Virus record (IMG/VR): IMGVR_UViG_3300008516_000159
Strand: one strand, 5' to 3'
From: a virus
DNA length: 64,000 nt
Shown: piece after piece, positions 54,782 through 64,000 of the stretch
Numbering within the stretch: the stretch's first letter is position 1
Layout of the letters: every line of letters begins with the position of its first letter
Notes under the pieces: generated by a model
What the model saw: only the letters and a program-made list of their open reading frames with translations
Told to the model about the DNA's origin: nothing
Database searches by the model: none
Position numbers and translations under genes: made by a program

Positions 54782-56415
54782 TGGACATTCAAGTTAAATT
54801 AAATGATGGCAGAACCATGGTTGTGGACGCTCTTGAGGAATTCAAGCGCTGCAAAAATGACCCCATGTATTTCATAGACAATTATTGCTATATCATAGAT
54901 CCTATCAAGGGCGAGCTTCCGTTCAAGCTGTTTGATTATCAAAAGAGAACCGTCAGGGATTTTCAGAACTATCAGTTCAATATAGTCAAGAAACCTAGGC
55001 AAATGGGTCTTTCCTGGATAACAGCCTGTTATGGTTTATGGCTCATAAATTTTCATAACGACAAGACCGTTCTTATCATCTCTATTAGAGATCATGAAGC
55101 CATGGAATTCAAAGACAAGGCTCGTTATACGTATGACAGGATGCCGGATTTCTTGAGAGTAGAATCGGACGATCGCACAAAACACGGTCTTAATTTAGAC
55201 AACGGTTCATCGTTTCTGTCGGTTCCTCAAACAAGGACCGCAGGTCGTTCAAAAGCGCTATCTCTCTTGATATTAGACGAAGTAGCGTTTCAAGAATACG
55301 CAGAGGACATATGGGCCTCAGCGTGGCCTACTTTGTCCACAGGCGGTAATGCCATATTAATATCTACCACCAATGGCATGGGTAACCTGTATCACAGAGT
55401 ATTTGAAGAAGCCGTCGAAGACGCTAATGATTTTAATCCTATATCTATTAAATGGAGCGAATTTCCTGGCCGCGACGATGTCTGGTTGCTCAAGCAAAAG
55501 CGCCAACTAGGCGATAGAAGATTTAGATCTGAAATTTTGTGTGAGTTTCTTGGCTCTGGCAATACTGTTATATCTGGAGATGCCTTGACCAAACTCAAAG
55601 ATAACCAATTGGATCCACTCTATAAGTATAAGATGCCAATGGATAGCGCTATAATAAAAATCTTATTTGAAGAAATGCCAGGTCAGATACCTGGCTTGTG
55701 GGCGTGGGAAGCCCCTAGGGTAGGGGAGCAATATATACTGGTGGCCGATGTAGCGACTGGTAACGAAAAGGATGCGTCCGCGTTTCAGGTGGTAAAAATA
55801 TCAGATAACTCGCAGGTGTGTGAATATAAAAACAAAGCTGTTGCGAGCCATGATTACGCTAAGATAATTAAGGTGATAGCAAGTTACTATAATGAAGCCT
55901 ATGTTGTTATAGAATCGAACAGCTGGGGCCTGGCGACATTCGAAAAAGTTTACAGGGACGAAAATGACCCTTACAATAATATATATCTCACAAAACACGG
56001 TAAGGCTAGTTGGGAAACCACAGGTAAAACAAGACCGCAAATAATTGATAGTTTAATCAACAGCATAGAAGGAGAACAATATAAGATAGTATCACCTAGG
56101 TTAATAGCTGAGCTAGAGACTTTCGTGTGGCACGGAAACAAACCAGAGGCCATCAAAGACTACAATGATGATTTGGTTATTTCGTTTGCCATACTTACTT
56201 TTATAAGACCGATGTTAAGTTCATTTGTGCCAATGGGTTTAACAAGCAGTAAAGATGTTAAGGCTTTCAGATATGATGACGAAGCGTTAATACAAATAGC
56301 GAAAGAAGACGCATATAGGCCTCCGACAGTGTTCTCGGAAGATGACGATGATGATATGTACGATGAAAGTGGAAACATGACACAAAAAGCCATCTATAAA
56401 TGGCTCAGCAGGTAG
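54781..56415 (+). CDS. terL: Terminase large subunit (T4 gp17-like)
   Basis: LFDYQK, KPRQMGLS, LILDEVAF, ISTTNG, RNase-H-like ADVATG, IESNS, DDLVIS. Confidence 0.95.
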   Translation: MDIQVKLNDGRTMVVDALEEFKRCKNDPMYFIDNYCYIIDPIKGELPFKLFDYQKRTVRDFQNYQFNIVKKPRQMGLSWITACYGLWLINFHNDKTVLIISIRDHEAMEFKDKARYTYDRMPDFLRVESDDRTKHGLNLDNGSSFLSVPQTRTAGRSKALSLLILDEVAFQEYAEDIWASAWPTLSTGGNAILISTTNGMGNLYHRVFEEAVEDANDFNPISIKWSEFPGRDDVWLLKQKRQLGDRRFRSEILCEFLGSGNTVISGDALTKLKDNQLDPLYKYKMPMDSAIIKILFEEMPGQIPGLWAWEAPRVGEQYILVADVATGNEKDASAFQVVKISDNSQVCEYKNKAVASHDYAKIIKVIASYYNEAYVVIESNSWGLATFEKVYRDENDPYNNIYLTKHGKASWETTGKTRPQIIDSLINSIEGEQYKIVSPRLIAELETFVWHGNKPEAIKDYNDDLVISFAILTFIRPMLSSFVPMGLTSSKDVKAFRYDDEALIQIAKEDAYRPPTVFSEDDDDDMYDESGNMTQKAIYKWLSR

Positions 56416-56460
56416 TCTGCAACAAAGATAATTGGGAATAATTCCCATAGGAGCAATCAA

Positions 56461-56847
56461 ATGGAAGGTAAGGATATCTTCACAGAATCGTTATCACTTT
56501 TCAACGATATGGAAAACATGACGAAAAAAAAGCCGGGAGAAATTGAATTACAGTCAATCAACGAAGCAGAGAAAGAAGAGGGAATAACTCGCAAGATCAA
56601 ATATGATATGCCGAGCGGTGCTCGAAGAATGAAGTTCACATATGCGGGTAACATTTTCTATGTGAATATGCCGACAATTCTCTCTAACAAAGATGAGATT
56701 TACAGCTTTGTAAGTTCTATTTTACAAAAAGTAAATCCGGCTATATATCCTGCCAGATTTGTCAATATGTATGAAAAAACAAAAGAGGAACCAAAGCCAG
56801 ACGAAAGTTTACCTGGAAAGGAAGAGAAACCAAAAGAGGAAGAGTAA
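56461..56847 (+). CDS. hypothetical protein
   Basis: 128 aa, AGGAG RBS. Confidence 0.7.
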   Translation: MEGKDIFTESLSLFNDMENMTKKKPGEIELQSINEAEKEEGITRKIKYDMPSGARRMKFTYAGNIFYVNMPTILSNKDEIYSFVSSILQKVNPAIYPARFVNMYEKTKEEPKPDESLPGKEEKPKEEE

Positions 56848-56848
56848 A

Positions 56849-57172
56849 ATGAATTTAAAAGAACTTTTAGACGTTAATCTTCCATCTGACAAAATCTTGA
56901 GCAGGAAGCCCGGCTCTCCTAATGCTATAATAAATAAGAATCGAAATGGTCGAGGAAGCAACGTGAGGAAGCTTCGTGGCCGCAGCATCAACGCTGCTGA
57001 ACCGCCAGAAGTAGGTTCTGAAATTATGGTGAGACAAGGAGACGGATCAGAAAAACAATATAAAATCATTAGAATAATCAACGACGATGAAATAGGCGCG
57101 CCCGTCAAGGCTCTAGTGGCCTTGCCGGGAGGCGGAGATAAAAGAGTAGTAAGATTGAATATAGCCAAGTAA
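56849..57172 (+). CDS. hypothetical protein (start adjusted to MNLKELLD)
   Basis: In frame with track ORF 56759..57172. Confidence 0.65.
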   Translation: MNLKELLDVNLPSDKILSRKPGSPNAIINKNRNGRGSNVRKLRGRSINAAEPPEVGSEIMVRQGDGSEKQYKIIRIINDDEIGAPVKALVALPGGGDKRVVRLNIAK

Positions 57173-57186
57173 TTGGAGGGCATACG

Positions 57187-57606
57187 ATGAAGTGGAAGGA
57201 TTTCTACAAGGGTCTGATGAAAGAGATCAAAGACATCGATATTGAGTTCGACGCAATGAAGGAAAATGTTACTGTCGGTAAGGCAGATTCATACCCAGAT
57301 AAATCCAAGAGCCAGTACCCAGGCAAGTCGGTTAGTTCAACAACCGCTAATACTTCTGTGAACGACCCGGAGGTTACCAGCGTTGCCAAGTCTAAGTTTG
57401 TCAAGCCTGGCTACAAGGAAACTGAGGGTGAGCCAGAGAAAAATCCGCCAAAGCATAGTGCGAAAACGGTTGACCCTGATGAGGACACGGCCAAGACGAC
57501 GTTCGCAAAAGGCGATCAAAAACTAAAAGCGAAGGCTCTGTTTCCTGGCATAACAGCCAGTGGTGGAAAGACGATCGAAACCACAAAAACATCAGCCAAA
57601 AAGTAA
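57187..57606 (+). CDS. hypothetical Lys/Thr-rich protein
   Basis: 139 aa, GGAGG RBS. Confidence 0.7.
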   Translation: MKWKDFYKGLMKEIKDIDIEFDAMKENVTVGKADSYPDKSKSQYPGKSVSSTTANTSVNDPEVTSVAKSKFVKPGYKETEGEPEKNPPKHSAKTVDPDEDTAKTTFAKGDQKLKAKALFPGITASGGKTIETTKTSAKK

Positions 57607-57633
57607 TCATTACTTAGAATCTCGAGGACAAAT

Positions 57634-58005
57634 ATGAAAACATTGAAAGAAATTATAAAAGCAAAGGGCCTCGAAGAAAAGACTGTCCTAGAACAGATGC
57701 TAGAAGAGGCGGATGATCAGGAAAAAGAGTTCAAGAAGCGACTTAAAAAAGCCTGCCAAGCGGCAGACGTAGATTATAAATCAATATCAATTGAAGAGAA
57801 AAACGATACAATTGTTATTGGTATCCCACTAAAACAGCTTTTTGGTCCACAAACTCGTGCTTTTTGCGCTGATCGCTGGAACGTCTTTTTCAACAAGGCA
57901 GGGATAGAAGTAGATTTCTCGGATAATGTGGAGAAGGCCGTTTCTGGAATCAATATTATTGTGCCTTTGGTATTTAGGCGCGATAATTTTAGTGAAATAG
58001 AGTAA
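57634..58005 (+). CDS. hypothetical protein
   Basis: 123 aa; MKTLKEII start. Confidence 0.7.
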   Translation: MKTLKEIIKAKGLEEKTVLEQMLEEADDQEKEFKKRLKKACQAADVDYKSISIEEKNDTIVIGIPLKQLFGPQTRAFCADRWNVFFNKAGIEVDFSDNVEKAVSGINIIVPLVFRRDNFSEIE

Positions 58006-58035
58006 ATATATCATTTCAAAAGGCAATAGTGTATA

Positions 58036-59913
58036 ATGGCCAGTAAGCGGAGTCGACAGTACCAAGAATTCTTCAATAGACTCAAAATTGCCGCAAAAGA
58101 CCTTGATTCGAGCAGAGCCATAGAGCTACTCAAGGGCGACGGCGGCTTCGATCTCAACACGTGGCATTGGATGACAAGCTACGTTACCGTCACCAACGAC
58201 AGACGCGAGAGGTACCAAGATTTTGAGAATATGATACAGGTGCCAGAACTCAATCTGGGCTTGGTGAGTTACGCCGATGACGGCACGCAGCTAAACGAAA
58301 ACAATAAAGTTATAGAGATAACCTCTAACAACGAAGATATCGTCAAAACACTAGAGGAAACGTTCTTTGACAATTTAGATATGAACGCGGATTTGTGGAG
58401 GATCTTTTTTGGCACATGTCAATATGGCGATAATTTTTATGAGCTCATAGTCGACGATAAGAAAAAGAACATCATGGCTTTGAAGTATTTGCCGCCTATG
58501 AATGTTGAAAGAATCGAAGTCGACGGTAATCTAATGAAGTTTACTGTAGAGAAGCAGGTTACTCAACAAGGCCAAGAAAAAACAATCTATGCTCATCCGG
58601 GCAATCAACAGAAAATTCCATTAGAACCGTGGGAAGTTGTACACTTCAAAATCGAAGATAACAACTATGCCCCATATGGACGTTCGACATTCGAAGCCGG
58701 GCGAAGAACATATAAACAGTTATCCCTCATGGAAGATTCCATGTTGGTTTACCGGCTTGAGCGAGCCCCAGAAAAGAGAGTTTTTTATGTCGACATTGGT
58801 AACCTATCAACTCCAGAAGGCGAAAAATTCATTGAGCGAATTAAAGCCAAGTTTAGAAAGAAGAAATATATAGACCCTGAAACGGGCAAAATTAATGAAA
58901 AAATGACACCTCTATCCATGTTAGAGGACTTTTGGATTCCAGTAAGAACCGGAGCACAAGGCACACAGGGGACGAAGATAGACATCCTCCAAGGGGGAAG
59001 GCAGCTCAATGAGATAGATGATACAAAATATTTTAGAGATAAAATTTTAAAGACGATGCACATTCCACCGCAGTATCTTCAGGAGGGCGGTGGAATGGAG
59101 TCGCGCAACTCTCTGAGTCAGATGGATATTAAGTTCGCCAGAACGGTCGAGCGTATACAAAGATACATCATCAAGGGCTTAGAGAAAATAGCCATTGTAT
59201 CCTTGACGTTAAAAGGTTACACTGGTGACGATCTTAGAAATTTCGAGCTTGAGTTAACTCCTCCATCTAGTATAGCAGAGTTGCTTGAGTTGGAAGTTAT
59301 GACACAAAGGATTCAATTAGTTAGCTCTATGCTGACTCTTGAAAATTTTATGCCAAGAAAGTGGATTTACCGAAACATTATGAAGTTCTCCGACAAAGAG
59401 ATCGCAGACATAGAAACAGGACTTCAACTCGAGTTGGCATCTCCTCTCAACAAAATGTCTCAAGGCGGCGAAGGTGGAGGATTTGGAGCCGCACCACCGC
59501 TCGGTGGTGTTGGAGAAGTGCCAGGAGCAGCAGGACCTGAGGCTGGCGGTATGGGTATGCCACTGCCGGGTGCAGAAGCTGGTGGCGAAGTGCTTCCACC
59601 TGAAGCCGGTGCAGAAGCCGGTGTAGAAGCTGGTGTTCCACCACCGGAAGCAGAGATGCCGGCTCCGGAAGCTCCGCTTGGTATGGAAGTTGCCGGTAAA
59701 ATTATTGATATTGATAGAAAACAGTTCTTGTTTGAGAACCAAGCAGGCATCGCCAAACTGTTGGAATACGTTAAGCATCGATCAAATATGAACAAAGATA
59801 ATGATAAGCAAACTATTTCTGAAGATAAAGATACGCCTACGCTATCAAATAGTTATCGCAAACAATTCATCAGAGGTGAATTCAGAGGACTCAATGAAAG
59901 CACAAAGAAATAA
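58036..59913 (+). CDS. Portal protein (T4 gp20-like)
   Basis: YGRS, QL.LMEDSMLVYRLERAPEKRVFYVDIGNL, EDFWIP, GTKIDIL.GG; Gly/Pro/Ala-rich tail. Confidence 0.96.
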   Translation: MASKRSRQYQEFFNRLKIAAKDLDSSRAIELLKGDGGFDLNTWHWMTSYVTVTNDRRERYQDFENMIQVPELNLGLVSYADDGTQLNENNKVIEITSNNEDIVKTLEETFFDNLDMNADLWRIFFGTCQYGDNFYELIVDDKKKNIMALKYLPPMNVERIEVDGNLMKFTVEKQVTQQGQEKTIYAHPGNQQKIPLEPWEVVHFKIEDNNYAPYGRSTFEAGRRTYKQLSLMEDSMLVYRLERAPEKRVFYVDIGNLSTPEGEKFIERIKAKFRKKKYIDPETGKINEKMTPLSMLEDFWIPVRTGAQGTQGTKIDILQGGRQLNEIDDTKYFRDKILKTMHIPPQYLQEGGGMESRNSLSQMDIKFARTVERIQRYIIKGLEKIAIVSLTLKGYTGDDLRNFELELTPPSSIAELLELEVMTQRIQLVSSMLTLENFMPRKWIYRNIMKFSDKEIADIETGLQLELASPLNKMSQGGEGGGFGAAPPLGGVGEVPGAAGPEAGGMGMPLPGAEAGGEVLPPEAGAEAGVEAGVPPPEAEMPAPEAPLGMEVAGKIIDIDRKQFLFENQAGIAKLLEYVKHRSNMNKDNDKQTISEDKDTPTLSNSYRKQFIRGEFRGLNESTKK

Positions 59914-59934
59914 GTTTGTAGGAGGAATGAGTCT

Positions 59935-61245
59935 ATGCAATTAACATATAATCAGTTCAGAAGGGTTGTGAACAAGAGCAGTGAGAAACTGTTCGAAAAG
60001 TTCGCAGGTATTTTTGCTGAATCTGAAAACGCAGCCTTGATGGCACTCTATGATGATAAAATGATTCTTCTTGATGAAGAAACTGATCAGCCTTACATCT
60101 GTGAGTATGATTATACAGATGGTATCCTAAGCTTCGGTAAGCTCGAAGCTGTGGCGCTCGTTGAAAACGATGAGACAGTTCTCGCCGACAAAGTCGGGGA
60201 TCTTTTTGATATTGAGAACGACCCTCCAGTTTCAATGGACGAAATGGTAGAAGGCTTTAGACTCAGATTCTACGACAACGCAAGAAGAGAAATCACAGAG
60301 GCTAAAGACAAGAAGTTGCGCAAGATTTATGAAAATCCTTCGATCGGAATGAAACACAACCTGAGAGAACTCAGAGATCGCAACTATGCAGATGTTCAGG
60401 AGCTTATGAGTAAGCCTTTTATGAAAAAAGTTACAGCCAAACTTCAACTAGAAGCCGCAGAGGCGCCTTCTCAGTTTATCGGCAAGGTTGACTGGAACCC
60501 AAAGAAAGGCTACAAGGTAGACACCAATGTCTATCAATATATTTCTCCTGACATAAGCAATCTCGAAGACAAAGAAATCAAGAAAAAGATGCAAGCTCTT
60601 GCAGGCAAGCTTTACAAGCTCTGGAAGACCGATGCTTTTAGAGACAAGTTCATGAACTTCAAGCTCGATCTCAAAAAGGCAGAGGATATGGACAGTGCTA
60701 TCGAAGCTGCCGAGAATTTCTTCGAGGAGAACAAAGAGCTCTTTTTACTTGACCCTTCCAGGTTCGAAGAAGTGATGATCAAGACAGCTCTCATGACAGA
60801 AGCCAAAGACGCCAACGTTATGGTAGAAGTTGTGAAGGCTTTCATGCAGCAGGAAGATGTCAAGACGATCAGGGAAGAGTATTACGATTCTCTTGGTGTA
60901 AGCCCAGAAGAAATCGCTCAAATAATCTTCGAGCAAGATGATGAAGAAGCTGTCGAGCTCCCACCAGAAGCAGTTAAAGACCCAGACATTCCTGAGAAAG
61001 AACCAGAGGAAAAGAAGTCCAAGGCTGCTGACGATTTGGAAAACGAAGAGCTTAAGGAAATCATCGCCACGCTAAAGAAGATTAAGAAGCAAATTGATGC
61101 TGATTCAGAAGAGGCCGAGTTCCTAGGCGCTATAGTAGCCGATCTTGAAAACGCCAAGGCCAAGGGTATTGACGATACCAGAATGAAAGAAATCGTCGAT
61201 TGGTTGGCCGGAGCAAAAGAGCCTAAAGAAGAAGAGGCTGAATAA
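59935..61245 (+). CDS. acidic head-assembly-region protein
   Basis: 436 aa between portal and protease; GGAGG RBS. Confidence 0.75.
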   Translation: MQLTYNQFRRVVNKSSEKLFEKFAGIFAESENAALMALYDDKMILLDEETDQPYICEYDYTDGILSFGKLEAVALVENDETVLADKVGDLFDIENDPPVSMDEMVEGFRLRFYDNARREITEAKDKKLRKIYENPSIGMKHNLRELRDRNYADVQELMSKPFMKKVTAKLQLEAAEAPSQFIGKVDWNPKKGYKVDTNVYQYISPDISNLEDKEIKKKMQALAGKLYKLWKTDAFRDKFMNFKLDLKKAEDMDSAIEAAENFFEENKELFLLDPSRFEEVMIKTALMTEAKDANVMVEVVKAFMQQEDVKTIREEYYDSLGVSPEEIAQIIFEQDDEEAVELPPEAVKDPDIPEKEPEEKKSKAADDLENEELKEIIATLKKIKKQIDADSEEAEFLGAIVADLENAKAKGIDDTRMKEIVDWLAGAKEPKEEEAE

Positions 61246-61262
61246 TCCAGGGGGATAACAGT

Positions 61263-62207
61263 ATGGCAGACAAGAAAATGATTACTGAAGACATGCCTGT
61301 TATCCAAGATGTAATGGATTTCGAATACGAGCTCACCGAAGATAAGGATGAGCAAGATCAAAAGGCATACAGGCTCAAAGGTGTCTTTCAGCAATCTGAT
61401 GTAAAGAATGGAAATGGACGTGTTTATCCAAGAATCGTTCTGGAAAGAGAAGTTACAAGACTCCAGGAAGGTCTTGATCAAAAAAGGATTCTTGGTGAAC
61501 TAGATCATCCAGCAGACGCTAAGATCCACCTTGAGAAAGTCTCTCACTTAGTGACGAGACTTGACATGAAAACAAACGGTGAAGTATACGGTGAAGCGAC
61601 CGTTCTTGAAACTCCTGCAGGCAAAGTGCTTCAGGAGCTCCTTAAGTCTGGCGTGAAGCTGGGTATTTCATCTAGAGGGTTTGGCACCGTTAAGAAAAAC
61701 AACGGTGTCGATGAAGTAGCGGAAGATTACAAAATGGTGACCTTTGATATAGTATCCGATCCATCAATAGCTGGCGCTTTTCCGCATGCTGTTTATGAGA
61801 ACAACGAAGAGGCGGTCGAAACCGTAGAAGAGGACAAAGTGTCCTTGTCGTTAGTTCTCGAGGATGTCTTAGATGACATGCAAGAAGATGTTAAAGTTGA
61901 ACTAAATCAGGAATATATTGGTGTAGCCGATGGTGTGAGATTTTATCTCGTCGAAGGCGGCTACGATTCTTATGGCACTTTTCTGAAGAACGTAAGTCAT
62001 CATTGGCATCTAGAAGTTAAAGATGGACAGGATAAGATCAAAGTCGGCATTAATGAAGCCAAGCTCAACAAGATTGGCGAAGAGTACGGTAATAAAATAG
62101 TACAAGAAATCTTAAACAAAATCGGGTATAAAGGCTATAATCCGGAAACGTTATCGAAAGATGAAACCAGATTTGCAGCTGACGATCTCAAGGTTAAGGA
62201 GGTATAA
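61263..62207 (+). CDS. Prohead protease (T4 gp21-like) with C-terminal extension
   Basis: KNGNGRVYP, LGELDHP, VSH, GISSRGFG, TFDIVSDPS. Confidence 0.95.
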   Translation: MADKKMITEDMPVIQDVMDFEYELTEDKDEQDQKAYRLKGVFQQSDVKNGNGRVYPRIVLEREVTRLQEGLDQKRILGELDHPADAKIHLEKVSHLVTRLDMKTNGEVYGEATVLETPAGKVLQELLKSGVKLGISSRGFGTVKKNNGVDEVAEDYKMVTFDIVSDPSIAGAFPHAVYENNEEAVETVEEDKVSLSLVLEDVLDDMQEDVKVELNQEYIGVADGVRFYLVEGGYDSYGTFLKNVSHHWHLEVKDGQDKIKVGINEAKLNKIGEEYGNKIVQEILNKIGYKGYNPETLSKDETRFAADDLKVKEV

Positions 62208-62210
62208 TTC

Positions 62211-63053
62211 ATGGCACTAGAGAATATCGATCTTACCCCCGAAGAGACTGAAGAATTGAAAGAGCAGCTCGAAGCCTGGAAGCAGGGCGTTATAGATAAA
62301 GTCGAGGAAGAATTGACAGCTAAGTATGAGGAAATGGAAAGTGTCCTCAAGGAAGAATATACAGGACTAGTAAACGATCTTCGTGACAAAATGAAGAGAG
62401 TTTACACAAAGAGATTTGTTGTAGCTCTTAAAGAAATGTATGATCAGATTAAAGCTGAAGTTCTTGCCGAAAGTTTCGACTCCCCTGAACTTAGGGTCCT
62501 TGAGCAAGTAAAGACCTTAGTTTACCCACTCATCAACGGTTCAGAAGCAGAACGTTATGCATCTGAGTTCTCAAAGATGGCCGAGATGAATGAGGAACTC
62601 CAGGAAGAACTAGAGCTTACAAAGGGTCAGAAGAAACTCATGGAGCTCACAGAAGAGCTTTCTGACGAAGTCAAAGAGGTTGTTGCAAAATTAATCGGCG
62701 ATGGAACTGAAGAAGAAATCGTTGAAAGGTACGCAGCAATCAAAACCGCTCTAAAGAAGGGCGAGGAAGAAGAGCCTGAAGAAGAGCCTGAAGAAGAGGA
62801 AGAGCCAAAGTCCAAAAAGAAGGGCAAGAAAAAGAAAGACGATGACGAAGAAGAAGACGAAGAAGATCTAGAGGTAGAAGGTAAAGAAGGCCCTGAGGAC
62901 GAAGAAGAAGAGAATCTCGAAGAGGAACCGGAAGATGTGAAACTCGAGTCTAAAACTGGTGAAGTCGAGCCTCTAGGACAAGAGGACGAAGCGAAGAGAG
63001 AATTCACCGAGACTCTCAACGAAATGCTCGAACTCGCAGGCGTAAAAAAGTAA
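62211..63053 (+). CDS. Prohead core / scaffold protein (gp22-like)
   Basis: Very acidic coiled coil between protease and capsid; ends MLELAGVKK. Confidence 0.8.
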   Translation: MALENIDLTPEETEELKEQLEAWKQGVIDKVEEELTAKYEEMESVLKEEYTGLVNDLRDKMKRVYTKRFVVALKEMYDQIKAEVLAESFDSPELRVLEQVKTLVYPLINGSEAERYASEFSKMAEMNEELQEELELTKGQKKLMELTEELSDEVKEVVAKLIGDGTEEEIVERYAAIKTALKKGEEEEPEEEPEEEEEPKSKKKGKKKKDDDEEEDEEDLEVEGKEGPEDEEEENLEEEPEDVKLESKTGEVEPLGQEDEAKREFTETLNEMLELAGVKK

Positions 63054-63105
63054 ATATATTATTCAATTTTTAAAGAAGCGAAATTTTTAAGGAGGGTATA
63101 TACCC

Positions 63106-64000
63106 ATGGTAGATAAGAGACGTTTACTTAGGGAAGAGGAAGGACGTCTTCTAGGCAAGTGGGAACCTTTTCTTGAAGGTATCGAAGATAACTATGTCAA
63201 AATAAATACCGCAATGCTACTTGAGAATGAGGCCGAGTACCTCACTGAAGCAGCTGATAACACCGCGGCAGCTGACGTAGTCGGTATCCAAAAGATCATG
63301 CTTCCAATCGTAAGGCGTGTTTTCCCTAACCTTATTGCAAACAATATCGTTTCAGTGCAGCCAATGGCTGGACCTGCCGCAGTAATCTTTTATCTGAAAT
63401 ATGTCTTTGGCACAACCAAGGGCAACGTGACACAGGGTGCTGAGTATTCTGCGTTTTCCGCAGCCGCACCGATGAGCCACCCAGATGAAGGTTGGCAGGG
63501 ATATTCTCCTTACTACTCCAAACAAGTTATAGGACCGTTTGTTTCTAGCACCACCGGCGCAACCGTTGTTTACAACTTGGTCACGTTATCAAATGGTTTT
63601 ACCAATACTGGCCATAAGTTCGCTGCATGTATCACTGCAACAGGAGCTATTACAGGTACTATTATTCGTGAAGTTGCTACAGACCTTGATACTAGCACAC
63701 CTGGAGGCGAAATTCCTTATAGCTTCACAGGTACTGCTGGCACAAGCGCTGGCGTTGTTTATGATGTTTATGGCAACGTGTCTACCGATTTCACAGTAAC
63801 AGGCCTTGACGTTGGTACAGCTGTCACAATAACAAACGCTCTCAATAATGATGACTTTACTGTCGAGATCAACTATGAGATCGACATGGAGTTCAGTACA
63901 GAGATTCCTGAAATGAAGATCACTATCTCCCAGATTCCAGTCGTTGCAAAGACCAGAAAGCTAAAGGCCCACTGGTCCAACGAAGCTGAACAAGATCTGA
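63106..64000 (+). CDS. Major capsid protein (T4 gp23-like), N-terminal part (runs off window edge)
   Basis: Not in ORF track; hand translation: KWEPFL, LLENE, PIVRRVFPNLIANNIVSVQPM.GP, IPEM, TRKLKAHWSNEAEQDL. Confidence 0.96.
   Translation, partial: MVDKRRLLREEEGRLLGKWEPFLEGIEDNYVKINTAMLLENEAEYLTEAADNTAAADVVGIQKIMLPIVRRVFPNLIANNIVSVQPMAGPAAVIFYLKYVFGTTKGNVTQGAEYSAFSAAAPMSHPDEGWQGYSPYYSKQVIGPFVSSTTGATVVYNLVTLSNGFTNTGHKFAACITATGAITGTIIREVATDLDTSTPGGEIPYSFTGTAGTSAGVVYDVYGNVSTDFTVTGLDVGTAVTITNALNNDDFTVEINYEIDMEFSTEIPEMKITISQIPVVAKTRKLKAHWSNEAEQDL

Noticed and set aside
62755-62945. GAAGAAGAG-type repeats as a DNA repeat element
   Set aside because: Explained by the Glu/Asp-rich linker of the scaffold protein.
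287-63799. Many short ORF-track entries antisense to or nested in real genes (e.g. 23643..24239, 31471..31854, 39868..40269, 60918..61481, 62627..63019)
   Set aside because: They overlap well-supported genes or tRNAs on the other strand or frame and lack recognisable motifs.
1-64000. CRISPR array, rRNA, transposase, integrase, intron or intein
   Set aside because: No regularly spaced repeat-spacer units or matching motifs were seen by eye; terL, nrdJ and recA look uninterrupted.

Overview
This window is part of a large T4-like myovirus (Caudoviricetes) genome, read in the standard bacterial code, with a strand switch near 42.5 kb. Left of the switch, genes lie almost all on the minus strand: two tRNA-Glu genes, methionine aminopeptidase (cut by the window edge), peptide deformylase, Dam, thymidylate synthase, a block of exported proteins (paralogous beta-barrel-like proteins and transglutaminase-like Cys-protease lipoproteins), a tryptophanase, RecA/UvsX, gp46/gp47 nuclease, and tail genes (gp26/gp51-like, tube, sheath, gp15, gp14, short fibre). 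Right of the switch, genes lie on the plus strand: HAD phosphatase plus NeuA-like cytidylyltransferase, an HTH replication-initiator-like gene with internal iteron-like repeats, class II RNR, a sigma factor, TerL, portal, prohead protease, scaffold and major capsid protein (cut by the window edge). The strongest leads are: a DIP1984-like gene followed by a ~200-nt end-paired RNA-like element ending in ACCA; a phage tryptophanase; the envelope-remodelling cassette; a start-less gp51-like ORF reachable by a +1 shift at TTT TTT CGA; a Glu-codon leader with competing hairpins upstream of the tRNA-Glu genes; a 14-copy RCATATATA motif; and short linear motifs shared by many small proteins. All family calls come from motif recognition by eye; no database search or folding program was run.
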